In this document: one piece after another, positions 12,192-25,075 of the stretch | Layout of the letters: each line of letters opens with the position of its first letter | How positions within the stretch are numbered: the first letter of the stretch is position 1 | Assembly (NCBI RefSeq): GCF_023055435.1 | Contig: NW_025964372.1 | Location: 28,024,001 to 28,088,000, forward strand | DNA length: 64,000 nucleotides | Direction of reading: 5' to 3' | Source: Haliotis rufescens | Taxonomy: Eukaryota | The notes under the pieces: model-generated | The model's database searches: none | What the model saw: only the letters and a program-made list of their open reading frames with translations | Told to the model about the DNA's origin: nothing | Program-made: the position numbers and the translations under genes

Positions 12192-14656
12192 ATGGTCTCG
12201 ATTGTTTGCTTGGTGGCTCTCTTAGCAGTGGCGAAAGCCAATAGTTTCGGTAGGCAACTGCTTTCATATGCATCGTATATTAAAAACGTGGTTACAAAGC
12301 CTAGAACTGCTACACCTTGGATATCGTACATACAAAACACGTTGAAGTATCGTTGGCTTTTAAACCAGTTCGTTTCAACACTAATTCTTCTCTTGCATAC
12401 CCAGGCTACAACATCGCACTGAGCCGCCCCACCGGCTCCAGCAGTGTCTTCGTCAACGGTGTGCCCCCCGTCGCCGCCAACTCAAACCTCGCCGTCGACG
12501 GCAACTTCAACCCCGACTTCTTCGGCGGCTCATGTTTCTCCAGCACTGATGTGGCGACAGATCCCAACCCCTTCTGGTTCGTGGACCTTGGTTCCCGCGT
12601 CTTCGTGTCCGGCATCACCCTCACCAACAGGGCCGACTGTTGTGGTATGTAACCTTAAATTGTATGGCTGTCCTGTGCCATAACGTGTCGTTTATCAGGT
12701 TGAGCTGACTGAATAAGAGGCGTGATAGTCGATAAACAGAGCCCTGTTTTACTTTGGCATGGCAGCGTCACTTAGCTGCATGTGCATTGCTATGTGTTTG
12801 AAACGTAAGTGTACACTGTAATTTTTCAATTATCATATCATGACGATATGGCTGAAATACTGCCGATGTGACGTTAAATATTAACTCGCTCACTCATATC
12901 ATGATGAAAGAAAGATACCATTCGAAAGAACAAATAAAATATCATGTGATTTAAATTCACATAAATTGTAATTGTAAACAATGGTGGTTTAAGAGAGGTT
13001 TTCCCAACGTTTTTTTGTGATCATAGAGGTGAACGCAACCCTATTGGAGGCCAATTTGCCATGATTCTCACACATGCATAAACGAACGACATTCAGTATT
13101 TTTTAGAATGTGTTCAAAGATACCCACTTTGAAGTATGTATCATTCCACTGCCACGACACAGGCGATAATACCAGGGTGTATATCCCAGTAATGCAACAC
13201 TGGATCGGTGGTAGCGAGCAGATGATTTTATACACAAAACATATCCCAAGAACCGTATCAACTCATGTCATATAATAAGCAAGTGATGAAGGATGGACAC
13301 ATTGTTCAAAGAAATACACGTTGGAGATTGAACAAGGCATCTACTCTTTTCAGCTGATCGTCTGAGTGGTCTGACAATCGAGGTCTTTGAGTTCAATCCC
13401 ACAAGCAGTTCCGAGACTCCCGAGTTCTGCTCCATGATCATTGGTGGAGTGGCCCTTGGTCAGACTGTTGCACGCTCCTGCTCTCCGATGGTGACTGGAC
13501 GCTACGTCCGAATCAGAAAACCCTCCGCCACCGCCCCTCTCACCATCTGCGAAGTCGTTGTTTCCGGAGGCAACTTCAATAGTAGGTATCCTTTGTCCTA
13601 TATTAAACCATTTATATTACTTTCAGCAATAGTTCTCCAGCAGAGATGGCATTGTAATTCCAATACTTGTTCAGCGTTACATACATATGATTTCATACCA
13701 ATACTTTCAATAAATGTGATATCCAAACTTTTAACATGGTAAACATAGCCGTTAAATTTGATCTTTACAGCATAACAGTAGCCATGAATGCTTCAACACA
13801 AAGTAAAGGTTCATATCAACACTTTCATTTCTTAATTTCAGAAAACTTCCTGAATATTCCTTTCTCCAACGTCGCCAGGAATCGCCCAGTACGCGTCACC
13901 TCTCAGTTTAGTCTCCCTTCCGCCAACTTGATTGCCTCCCCTGGCCTAGCTGTTGACGGCAACTTTGACAGCCAGTTCGTCACCGGAAGAAGCTGTTACT
14001 CCAGCGCCATTGGCAACACAAGTCCCACCTTCTACATCGACCTCGGCGACTACTTCAACATCCAGTCCATCACCCTCACCAACAGGGGCGACTGCTGTGG
14101 TGAGTGTTAGGATGTTGTGTTTTCTACGTCAGAGATGATCCATTAATATTGAGTCAGCCCAATCTGATAAAAAGGCCGTAAAGTTTATACACATCTTATA
14201 CTGCCATATGTTTTGAATAATAAAAGAAAATAATATACATTTAAGGTTCATGTATTTAAGTACAGAGTTACGTATGTCTATTGGCACTAAGAAAGCATGT
14301 TCTTTTCCATTAAAGCTGAACGCCTGCGAAACATCAACATCGGTACTCTTTTGAAAGACCCCTACAGGTACTTGGAGTTCCCTAAACTTTGCGGCACCAT
14401 CACTGGCAACGTCGCTGCTGGAGCTAACGTCACCGTCAGCTGCTTTGCGCCCACTGTAGCCCGCTACATCAAGATCCAGAAGACCAGTATGGTTGACAGC
14501 AATGATCTCTTGACCTTCTGTGAAGTTCAAGTAACCGGAAGGTTCGCATCCCGCAGCGAGGTCACCAACAAATCTGTTGACAACGACGTTTCTCAGGCTC
14601 TGGCTGCCAACGGAATTATTGCCAGAGCTGAAACCAATGATAACTGGAGTGGCTAG
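12192..14656 (+). CDS. Secreted tandem F-type lectin protein, paralogue B, 374 aa
   Basis: Exons 12192-12249, 12405-12644, 13354-13581, 13842-14099, 14316-14656 (58/240/228/258/341 nt), GT-AG, phase 1. Domain 1 has RADCC. AATAAA at 15086-15091. Confidence 0.92.
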
Positions 14657-15264
14657 AGGCAGGCTGTGAAGTGAATTCACAGCAAAAGACAGTGGTAATG
14701 TCTCTGAAACCAACTCAGCGAAAGCATAAGGCACTGGTCATGAAAACAGACCAAGATGATTGATTATCCCCGCAAATATCTTTACCGTATGTTACCCTCC
14801 ACGTTTTGTGTAAAGTATATTCACCATATTAAGAAATATTGCCAATATGAAATTCACTCTCTCACTCACTGTGAGTAATTTGAATTTGTTTATTTTTGTT
14901 TTGTAATGACAAAGGGAGAGTGCCAATTAACCTCGGGAAACTCAAGAGGCATGGCGTAAACATAATCACAAAGGATGCAAGTAAGATTTTAGGCTCAGGA
15001 ATAGGTGCCGAATTAGCGATATCTTGTAAAAAGACTTAAAAACAATCATTTTCTTTACTGTTGTATAGTAGCTTCCATGTGCGTAAATAAAAGTTAAGGT
15101 TTAATCTGATGTCTTTTTTTGTTTTCTTGTTTGTACAATGTTTTTTTAAAGATGCCCGATATTGACCATCTTCGTGATTTGTTTGTATTCCGGGTTAGAA
15201 TTATTCACCAGCAACCTTGACAAAATGAATCGGATTGTCAGGCTCGGTAACTTGGTTGATTATG

Positions 15265-16145
15265 AGGTGAGGTGAGGTGAGGTGGGGTTTAACGTCGCGT
15301 CCAAGATTATTGTGTGTGTGTGGCTGCTTGTACTAGTCCAGACTGATGCCGATTTATAGTGCCAGCTCACTGACATACCCATCTTCCCGAGGCAAGGGAG
15401 TTAACTGACTATAAAAGTCCAGTTTCCATCCTTGCCGAACTAGGCTGGTATTATGGAGTTACATTTTGGCTGGACTAACGAGTCTATGCATAGTCCAATC
15501 AAAATCGCGCACCGAAATCGAAATCCGGTTCGTAAAGCGTCATGCAGATTTCGGTCGACTGCAGAATTTGCAAAACATGTGCACCGCTAACTCGTTGTCA
15601 ACAGATATTTTCTAAATCTTTTCATGTTTCTAATCAAGGTGCTCACGTGATTTGATGCACTTCGCGATGTACGACTCGTTTTATCAAAAATATAGATCTT
15701 GATTATCGATCAGATCGTCTTGACTGGGCGCCACCGTTTTGTTTGAAGCAAATGCAAGTGATACGAGAGGTTGAATCTGATTGGCCAATAGGAGGGGCAT
15801 AGAAAGGACATAACTCGTAACAGCCACTGGTGGCGCTACGATCGAGCCCAGGAATTCCAGCCTAGTTCGGCAAGGGTGGACACTGGACTTTAAAGTCAGT
15901 TAACTCTCTTGCCTCGGGAAGATGTGAGATACCATGCCGTAGTTTAACATGAATACCCCACTCAGACACAGTATACTGACTCCGAGCCGACAAGTCCTTG
16001 TGTTAGCCCCTTAATGCCGAGCCCCAGACAGGGTAACAAACAATTACCACCTTTTAATGTCTTTTGGTATGACGCGGCCGGGGATCGAACCTCGGACCTT
16101 CCGCTCTCCGTGCGGACGCTCTACCACTAGACCACGGAGGCGGTC
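15265..16145 (-). mobile_element. Family B tRNA-SINE interrupted by a MITE
   Basis: Colinear with the intact copy at 19531-19888 once 15380-15924 and one TSD are removed. Confidence 0.85.
15380..15924. mobile_element. MITE, 545 bp, ~70-bp TIRs, 9-bp TSD (Mutator-like)
   Basis: TIR CATCTTCCCGAGGCAAG.GAGTTAACTGACT...CCTTGCCGAACTAGGCTGG at both ends. TSD is TGACATACC (15371-15379) / TGAGATACC (15925-15933). Confidence 0.85.
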
Positions 16146-16936
16146 TGGTTGATTGTGGGCAATCGTACCCCGAAGGTATGGGTGGCTAGTCATGCCTGCC
16201 ACCTGTTGGCAGCTTGGTTCCTGTTTGCAATTACTATATGATTCTTTTATTAATGTAAGTCAATGAAGCGCGAGTGTAAAGTTGAAAACGTCAATGCGAG
16301 ATAAGAACCAGTCTCGATTATCCCCAAAAACCCATTGGGCGTAAAAGATAAAACAACAAATAAATACAAAAATAAATATATGAATGGATCACTCAAAAAC
16401 TGTGATGACACCAGGTGTTCGAGAAACGGGAAAGCATGTCCTGCCCTATCGATATCATCCGCCACATAAAAAAGTAAGTTAAATGTTTCTTGCCGAACAG
16501 CAGTACACCTGAAGTACGAAATAGGCCTGTAAATTAACCAGGAAATCAAACAATGGACCAGAAGACCAACGAGACGAAAGTGCTTTTATATGCTGACAAT
16601 GTTGCTTAATTCTAAATGGTATATTAAAACATGAATACTTTGATCAATCGCTTTAGCTCTGCATCCAGCCACGCCCACCTTTTACAAATTCGGACAAATA
16701 CCCTGTTACTTTACAAGGTGATTTACAATCTACGCTTTCTCTGCAACTACTTTCGGAGACTTATGATGCAAACATTTTCTCCTTGTCCATAAATGCTTTT
16801 CATCTATTCTTCTTCAACAATATGTACATGTGTTCCGTCATACATTAGAGATATTTTGAAAGAATCAAGAGTAAGATACACGGTCATTTGTTGCTGAACA
16901 CAGGTAACTGAATCCCAACTTTTACACTGTGTGTGT

Positions 16937-17158
16937 GTTTGTTTGTTCGTGGTTTAACGCCGCACTCAGCAATATTCAAGCTATACGACAGCGGTCTGTA
17001 AATAATCGACCCAGTGATTGACATCAAGACCATCGATCCACGCAATTGGGATACGATGACATGCATCAACCAAATCAGCGAGCCTGACCTTCCGATCCCG
17101 TTAGTCGCACCTTACGAACATCCTTACGGCAAGAATTAGTTGTTGAAGACCTATTCTA
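16937..17158 (-). mobile_element. Family A SINE-like copy
   Basis: Matches the family A consensus. Confidence 0.75.
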
Positions 17159-17879
17159 CAAAGCACACACATAAATATATAACGTAAGTTTATTTTAGGC
17201 TATATTTCAATAGCTATTTATATCCCATAATCATCATAATTGAAACAGAGTTTATCCATATGCGGTGTAAAGGGACCGAAAGTGGTTCTATCCTACCAGA
17301 CATAAACATGTTATTGAGCAGGACCAGTAGCCCCTTTGGTTGGACCAGGGATTAGAGGAGCTAAAAAAACAAGATATACAGAGCTCTTAGAGGGCATAGA
17401 GATTATATTCAGGAAAAAGTGATTTTAGACAGTTACGGAATTTGAATGAGAATACCTTTAGAATTAAGAAGGAGCAATATTCAAGAAAATAAAGTGTAAT
17501 ACGTCTAGTGGCATTTAACAGTCAATATCTTGTAGCAGGGGATGGATCACTTCATGCTGCCAGTCAATGTACTTCCCCTTGACATCAATGATGAGTTGCG
17601 TCCTTTAACAGAAAGGCCCACTGGAGCGCTCAATCAACCAATCTCTGATCAAGACGTTTTGTTCATATACTTAATGCTGCAAATAACAATTAACCAGGAC
17701 AAGATTGTGCGGCTGCTGATTTTTTAAAAGCTTCTTGAAGTACCTTACCGGACTCACATTTTGAATCACATTAAATCACAGATTCCCCTGTTGCTGGGGT
17801 ATGGGTATTGTGTGTCCTCTTTTCACGTCTGGCTGTTGAAATGACCCCAACAGCTATGGAGGTATTTCTCTCATAGATA

Positions 17880-19525
17880 GACTCAACCTGTAAAGCATTT
17901 ACGTCTTTTTTAAACAGCCATCTACAAAATTGGTGAGAGAATCATAATATTATCAGAGAACAAGCTGGTTTTAGAGCTCATTACTATACCGTTGACAATA
18001 TTTTATTCATTACAGGCTAGAGTTAAAAAATACAGTGGTGGAGAAACAGGCAGAGCTTAATGCCTCTTCATTGACGTTTCCAAGGCATTGGCCACTCTAA
18101 GACATAATGTTCTCCTGCACACTCTGTGTGAAGTTGATATTTAGGGTAAATGTTTGGATAAAGTCACATCAATGTATACAGTATAATACTGTATCTGCTT
18201 GTCTTAGAACCTCTAAAGGTATATCTAACTGGACCCATGAAGATCCGGGGTAGAATAGGTCTTCAACAACCCATGCTTGCCGTAAAAGGCGACCATGCTT
18301 GTCAGGCTCGCTGACTTGTTTGATGCATGTCATCGTATCCCAATTGCGTGGATTGATAGTCATAATGTCAATCACATGATTGTCTGGTCCATACGCAATT
18401 ATTTACAGACCACCGGCATATACATGGAGCTGGGATACTGCGGAGCTCGGCGTTAAACAACAAACTAAACAAACAAACAAATATCTAACTGTTTTACAAT
18501 CACTGGATGGTCTGCTCCAGACTCGATTATTTACACACCGCCGTCATATAGCTGGAATACTTCTAAGTGCGGCGTTAAACAACAAACAAACAAACAGACC
18601 TGTTACATAAGCACCCGTCAATGAAGTGTTTTAAGTCCACAAATACTTATTATATTGATAGACAAGTTAGGTACCCTTATTGAAAGAGAGGTTGGTTAAG
18701 GTAGTACTGTGATATCTTCTATTAATAACTTGTGCTTCCGTATGTTAACTGATGATGTCTCAGCAATGTCTGACACCTGTTCACAACTGCAGAAGGATAA
18801 CTGAACTAGAGTGAGTGAGTGAATGAGTTGGGTTTAACGCCGCTTTTGACAGTATTCCAGTTATATCACGGCGTGTAACTGAACTTGAAGGTTTTTTGTG
18901 AACATATTGGCATGAAAGTAAATTTGAATAAGACTAAGATTATTACTTTTAAAATGGTGGTCCCTTAAGGTCATATGAAAAGTGGTTTTAAGCTGGTACA
19001 ACTATAGAAACAGTATCGTTATATGAATACCTGGGACTTGCATTCACACCAAAGTTAATCTGAAGCAAAGCTCAGACCTGTTGTGTATCCCAAGCAAATA
19101 AGGCAATATTTTCAGTATATATTGATATTATCAGTTGTCCAGATCTATTTATGATATTTGACTGAATAATTTCACCTATTCTATGTTATGGTTCTGAAAT
19201 ATGCGAACCACATATTGTAATACTATAGCTATGGTACGTATTACATTTTGTAAATCTTGTTTCAAGGTTGGGAAATCAACATGTAATAATATGGTTCCAT
19301 TGGAATGTGGAAGAGTGCCTTTGCAGTTTGTATGTGTGACAAAGGCAAATAGGTATTGGTGCAGAATATTACAGGTTATTAGAAAATAACAGGCTATCAA
19401 AACAAAGTTATATTATATTAAAATATTTGGACGCTGTTGGCTGTAATACATTGTCAACACAAATAAGAAATATTCTGTTTAAATTTGGATTTGGCGTTGC
19501 CTGGAATAGTCAAGAATTAAGAAAC
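17880..19525 (+). mobile_element. Decayed non-LTR retrotransposon (LINE RT relic, CR1/L2-like), interrupted by SINEs
   Basis: Broken frames give EQAGFRAHYYTVDNIF, FIDVSKA, LTDDVS, YEYLGLAFT and ECGRVPL. Confidence 0.65.
18233..18597 (+). mobile_element. Family A SINE-like copy plus a second 3' fragment
   Basis: Matches the family A consensus, with (CAAA)n tails. Confidence 0.75.
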
Positions 19526-19530
19526 CAAGG

Positions 19531-19888
19531 AGGTGAGGTGAGGTGAAATTGGGTTTAACGTCGCGTCCAAGATTATTGCACTTATATAGCGACGTGCATG
19601 CACGTGTATGTGTGTGTGTGGCTGCTTGTACTAGTCCGGACTGATGCCGATTTATAGTGCTAGCTCACTGAGATACCATGCCGCAGTTTAACATGAATAC
19701 CCCACTCAGACACAGTATACTGACTCCGAGCCGACCAGTCCTTGTTTAAGCCCCTTAATGCCGAGCGCCAGACAGGGTAACAACAAGTACAATCTTTTAA
19801 CGTCTTTTTGTATGACGCGGCCCGGGATCGAACCCTGGACCTTCCGCTCTCCGGGCGGACGCTCTACCACAAGACCACGGAGGCGGTC
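19531..19888 (-). mobile_element. Full-length family B tRNA-SINE
   Basis: The minus strand starts GACCGCCTCCGTGGTCTTGTGGTAGAGCG...GGTTCGATCCC. It is flanked by the direct repeat AAGAAACCAAGG (TSD) at ~19519 and ~19889. Confidence 0.9.
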
Positions 19889-20489
19889 AAGAAACCAAGG
19901 ACCCTCCATACCACCTTTAAGCAAAACTCATGTGATAATCTCTTCCAGTCATAGCAAAGTAGCAAAGTGATTAAATCGTAGCCTCAGTTGACAGTTCGAT
20001 TCCCTATATGAATCTGAGGTAAAGATACAATAGATAACATTGAAAAGCTTCACTTAAACTTGCTGTAACCAACTGCTGGCCTTCGGCAATCTAAATAAAA
20101 GTTTATGGTGAATTAGGCGCATTCCTTGTTCATATTGCAATATCTAAAAATGTTTACATAATAGTATAATTAAGAACGGTTACTTACCAATTTAGGTTGT
20201 CATCGTTCTTTAAACAATTAGACAGCACTAATACATTCTCTCATAATTTCGACTGGTTACGTCACATTTAGAACAGTCTGTACAACTGTGGTTTAACTTT
20301 GATAATCCTAGTTCTGTATCCAAACAATAGCTAGTTTCTTCGGTGGAGGCCAAAAAGTTCATTTCATACAACAGTTTTAGAGACAATATTAATAAAGTTC
20401 TAAAGGAAATTATTATAAATTGTCAAAAGATGTCCTTATCTTTTGAAATATTTTTTTTTTTTTCTAAATACATTTCATATCCAATTATG

Positions 20490-20597
20490 ACATTTAGGAC
20501 TTTCAACCTTCATTTACCTGTAGATACTGGCCGCTGGAAAAACATACCTAGAGAATTTAGAAGATGTCATCTATGCAACTCGCTAGCGATGGAGTAA
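20490..20597 (+). mobile_element. LINE ORF2 C-terminal relic
   Basis: FRTFNLHLPVDTGRWKNIPREFRRCHLCN is typical of the C-terminal region of invertebrate LINE ORF2. Confidence 0.55.
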
Positions 20598-21097
20598 AGT
20601 TGATCGTACTGATGCATGGTTTGACATGGGCAGATTTCTTCCTCGGTTAACATACTGGAAAAACGTCAAGCGAAAATGCGCTGACATCACGTTTTGATGC
20701 TATGGGATATTTCGCAAAAAATAGAAACAATGGAATGAAATGCACAAGTATGGACAGATTTAAGCCGAATCTTAGAGCACACATGATTTAAGCAAAACAT
20801 ATCATAAATAAGTAAAACACGTTTTATACAGGGTATTTCAATCAGACAACCAATTATTGTATTGATAAAATTAACGTGCTGGGTACATCAACTGTTCTCA
20901 GGGCATCCAAGTAGTTTCCCACACCTCGACATACACTGTTCACTATCTGTTTGGTCACGTGTACCAACACACAATGTAATAAATGGTGATTTAGACACCT
21001 GTATCATGATATTGTTTGCATATGCAAATATATATCTTTAGTTTGTTTTGTGCGGTCACGTTGCTATGGGCCATGGGTCAATGGAACAGTTGGATAA

Positions 21098-21552
21098 TAT
21101 GGTGAAGTAGGTTGTGTTTGTGTAGAGTATATGGTTAAGTAGGCTGCGTTTATCTGGAGTATATGGTGAAGTAGGATGCGTTTATGTGGAGCATATGGTG
21201 AAGTTAACGGCTTTGGTGAGGAGTATATGGAGAAGTCAGTTGTATTTGTGTAGAGTATATGGTTAAGTGGGCTGTGTTTATTAGGAGTATATGGTGAAGT
21301 AGGCTGCTTTTATGTGGAGTATATGGTGAAGTAAGTTCAGTTTGTGTAGAGTATATAGTTAAGTAGGCTGCGTTTATGTGAAATAATATGGTGAAGTAGG
21401 CTGCGTTAATGTGGAATATATGGTTAAGTAGGCTGCGTTTATGTGGCGTTTATGGTGAAGTAGGCTGCTTTTATGTGGAGTATATGGTGAAGTAAGTTGT
21501 GTTTATGGAGAGTACATGGTTAAGTAGACTTTGTTTATGTAGAGGATATGGT
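21098..21552 (+). repeat. 32-bp minisatellite (ATATGGTGAAGTAGGCTGCGTTTATGTGGAGT), ~14 units
   Basis: Tandem repetition ~650 bp upstream of gene C. Confidence 0.92.
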
Positions 21553-22142
21553 CACAAAAAACCGTCATGAAAAATGAAATACTTCAAGTGGTCATGCGTT
21601 GGCTGGGCCTTTTCGCAAACATAAAAACAATGGAATAATTGGCGAGCACACAAGCAACAAAGTGTCGTCATTTCTCAATATTAGTTTATAAAAAAGAAAC
21701 TGTCATGAAATAACACTTAAAGTCCCCCACCCACCAAAAGGCTCTTGGCTTACAACTTAATTATCTCAGGACAGATACTTCTTGATTCCTCGTAGCCCAT
21801 AGGTTATTCTCTACATATTGCAGTGAAGCTTCCTCTCATTAGAACATGTCACTGGTACTAATTACTAATCATCGAACAGAAATCATCGTCAGAAATATCT
21901 TCCAAGTGAACAATTAACTTTACATGAATCTTCTTATATTTAGGAGTTTGATCGGTAGGTAGCCGTGTTCCGTTTAATGCTTCCTTTTAAGTCTCATTTC
22001 ATGTAACGCTATATTAGCCAAGGGGTATGTATGGGGTTGGTCTGTTCTAATGAGCACTTCCTTAATCCTACTTCATCCTTAACAACTCCCAATTACGCCA
22101 TATTGCCTAAGACGTCATTTAACATATGATTGCCTGATACGC

Positions 22143-22178
22143 ATATAAGCCGTGATCCGCAACCACTGATCATCATTC
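22143..22178 (+). promoter_or_regulatory. TATA box + initiator of gene C
   Basis: ATATAAG followed ~30 nt later by TCATTC; ATG in CCACCATGG context. Confidence 0.6.
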
Positions 22179-22194
22179 GATCCCATCTTCCACC

Positions 22195-25075
22195 ATGGTC
22201 TTCATCGTCTGTTTAGCGGCTCTCCTGGTTGTGGCGAAAGCCAATAATTTTGGTAAGTATATTCATGATATGCAGTATATGTTTACAAAGTTGGAACAGA
22301 TCTTGGAACTGTTAGGCTTCAGATATCGTATACACAAAGGCACACTGAAATCCTTGGGTGTCGTACATACAAAAGACGCTTAAGTATCGTTAAAAAATCT
22401 TTAAACCATTTATACTCCCATTCCAATTATGCAAATTTACGATTGTAAAACAGTGCGTTTCAACACTTATTCTTCTTTTGCATACCCAGGATACAACATC
22501 GCCCTGAATCGCCCCACCGGCTCCAGCAGTGTCTTCGTCAACGGTGTGCCCCCTATCACCGCCAACTCAAACCTCGCCGTCGACGGCAACTTCAACTCCG
22601 ACTTCTTTGGCGGCTCATGTTTCTCTAGCGCTGATGTGGCGACAGATCCCAACCCCTTCTGGTTCGTGGATCTGGGTGCCCGCCGCTACGTGTCCGGCCT
22701 CACCCTCACCAACAGGGGCGACTGTTGTGGTAAGCTAAAGACTCTACATCTATACCAGTTTACATTGCCATTCTGGAATCCTTTAGATATATTATAATTC
22801 TAAACACATCCGCCACAAATAATTCCTAACTCACCCATTGATAGAAATAAGCTCAGCAAAATGTTCTTATAAGATTTTGATAATGACAAGAACAAATTCC
22901 AAATATTTAGTGTAGGTGTCTTTCATCAACAATAGCTGTATTTGAACACATGAGTTCCTTATCCACATCCATATCTATGTCCATTTGTCAAGGGGGCACA
23001 GGTGTCCCAGTCGTCTGAGGCGCCACGATTCGCTGTGCAGCGTTGCCTCCCTTGGGCACGTCAGAAACCTATGATTGTGGGTTCGAATTCCGGGTCGCCC
23101 GATTATGTTTCTAGGTTTGTCAGCACCATACCCGTGCTCGTGGGTTTCACCGAAGTGGTAAACGTCTTGACACGCTGTAATATAACTTGAATAATGTTAA
23201 AAGCGGCGTTAAACCCAACTGACTCACTCCCCTTAATTGTCAAACATATATACTTACAAACCCACTTGATGACATCATTTTGCCTCACCAGAACAATGAA
23301 CAATCGATAGACAATCACTTGTCAAATATCCTGCACAAAAACACTTTGGGATGATGCATACCCTCTTGGATATTTTTGTTGTGAAGAATGAGCACGCTAA
23401 CGCATTATGGTCAATATATTGCAAAGTTGTCTTTCAGTCCTTATTTTTAACGTGAGACATTTTACTTTGAGAAGAATGCGCTCCTTGACCACACTAGCAT
23501 CTAGAGACTAGAATCGACATTTAATAAACTATATGTGCAACATGCTGTTGTGCTATTAAAATTTGAAGAAGGGCAGTGTCTGTGTTGCAGCTGATCGTCT
23601 GAGTGGTCTGATGATCGAAGTCTTTGAGTTCAATCCCACAACCAGTACCGAGACTCCCGAGTTCTGCTCCATGGTCATTGGTGGAGTGGCCCTTGGTCAG
23701 ACTGTTTCACTCTCCTGCTCTCCGATGGTGACTGGACGCTACGTCCGTATCAGGAAACCCTCCGCCACCGCCCCTCTCACCATCTGCGAAGTCGTTGTTT
23801 CCGGGGGCAACTTCAATAGTATGTATCCTTTGTCCTATATGAAACCGTTTACATTTAAATTCAGCGATAGTACTACCATAGTATGTTTGCGAGTCCTAAA
23901 ATGTATTTACACGGTAATCAGTAATGTATATTACTCAAACAGAGAGGGAAGAGTAATCTTAAAAATATAATTGTTAACAATATTTTTTTCTTGTACATAT
24001 ATTATCATATGGATGTGATTTCAAAACGTGGAAAACTTGATCAGTCGAATTGGTCCTTCACATCCATTTGAAGTCAGGCATGCTCTACACAAAGCCCGTT
24101 ATTAATATCAACTCTTTTTTTTATATTTCAGATAAATTTAATAAATTTCCCTCCACCAACGTCGCCCTGAATCGCCCAGCGCGTGCTACCTCTCAGTTTA
24201 CTTTTGATGCCGCCAACCTGGTTGCCTCCCCTGGCCTGGCTGTGGACGGCAACTTTGACAGCCAGTTCGTCACCGGAAGAAGCTGTTACTCCAGCGCCAT
24301 TGGCGACACAAACCCAACCTTATACATCGACCTCGGCGCCTACTATTACATCAGCTCCGTCACCGTCACCAACAGAGGCGACTGTTGTGGTGAGCATTTT
24401 CACGTTGTGTTCTTGTGTTCCTTAAGATACATTTCTTCACGCTGGAAATACACATCAAAGTTAGTAAAGAATGCTTATTTAGGTTCAGCAATATGTGTGT
24501 GTTTGAGTTGGGCTTAACGCTGTATTGAGCAGTGTTCAGTCATATCACGGCGTGTCAGCTAAAGATTATAGTGAAGCCCGAAGTGATGCAGGCCTCAGAC
24601 GTTTGCAACTCTCGTGAAACGTGACCATTATGATACATGTTAATATATTTGAGGAGTACACAGTAATAATATACATGTCTTCTGATACGAAATGAGCATT
24701 TTCTTTACAATTCCAGCTGAACGCCTGCGCAACATCAACATCGAAACTCTTCTGAAAGACCCCTACAGGTACCTGGAGTTCCCTAAACTTTGCGGCACCA
24801 TCACTGGCAACGTCGCTGCAGGAGCTAACTTCACCGTCAACTGCTTTGCGCCCACTGCAGCCCGCTACATCAAGATCCAGAAGACCAGTATGGTTGACAG
24901 CAATGATCTCTTGACCCTCTGTGAAGTTCAAGTAACCGGAAGGTTCGCATCCCACAGCGAGGTCACCAACAAATCTGTTGACAACGACGTTTCTCAGGCT
25001 CTGGCTGCCAACGGAATTATTTCCAGTGTTGAAACCAATGATAACTTGAGTGGCGGGAATCGGGCTGTTAATTAA
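22195..25075 (+). CDS. Secreted tandem F-type lectin protein, paralogue C, 380 aa
   Basis: Exons 22195-22252, 22490-22729, 23591-23818, 24132-24389, 24717-25075 (58/240/228/258/359 nt), GT-AG, phase 1, intact frame. Confidence 0.92.
22992..23230 (+). mobile_element. SINE family D (internally deleted) in gene C intron 2
   Basis: Has a GGTTCGAATTCC B-box and a GCGGCGTTAAA/(ACTC)n tail; same intronic position as the copies in D and E. Confidence 0.7.

Noticed and set aside
12630-12644. RGD motifs as integrin-binding sites
   Set aside because: RGD is part of the standard F-type lectin RxD motif, and B domain 1 tolerates RAD. There is no independent support.
14129-14734. Long antisense ORFs over exon 5 (also 24566-25081, 35812-36252, 42594-43097) and other exon shadows
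   Set aside because: Explained by the C-ending codon bias of the sense exons; their ends are not conserved between paralogues.
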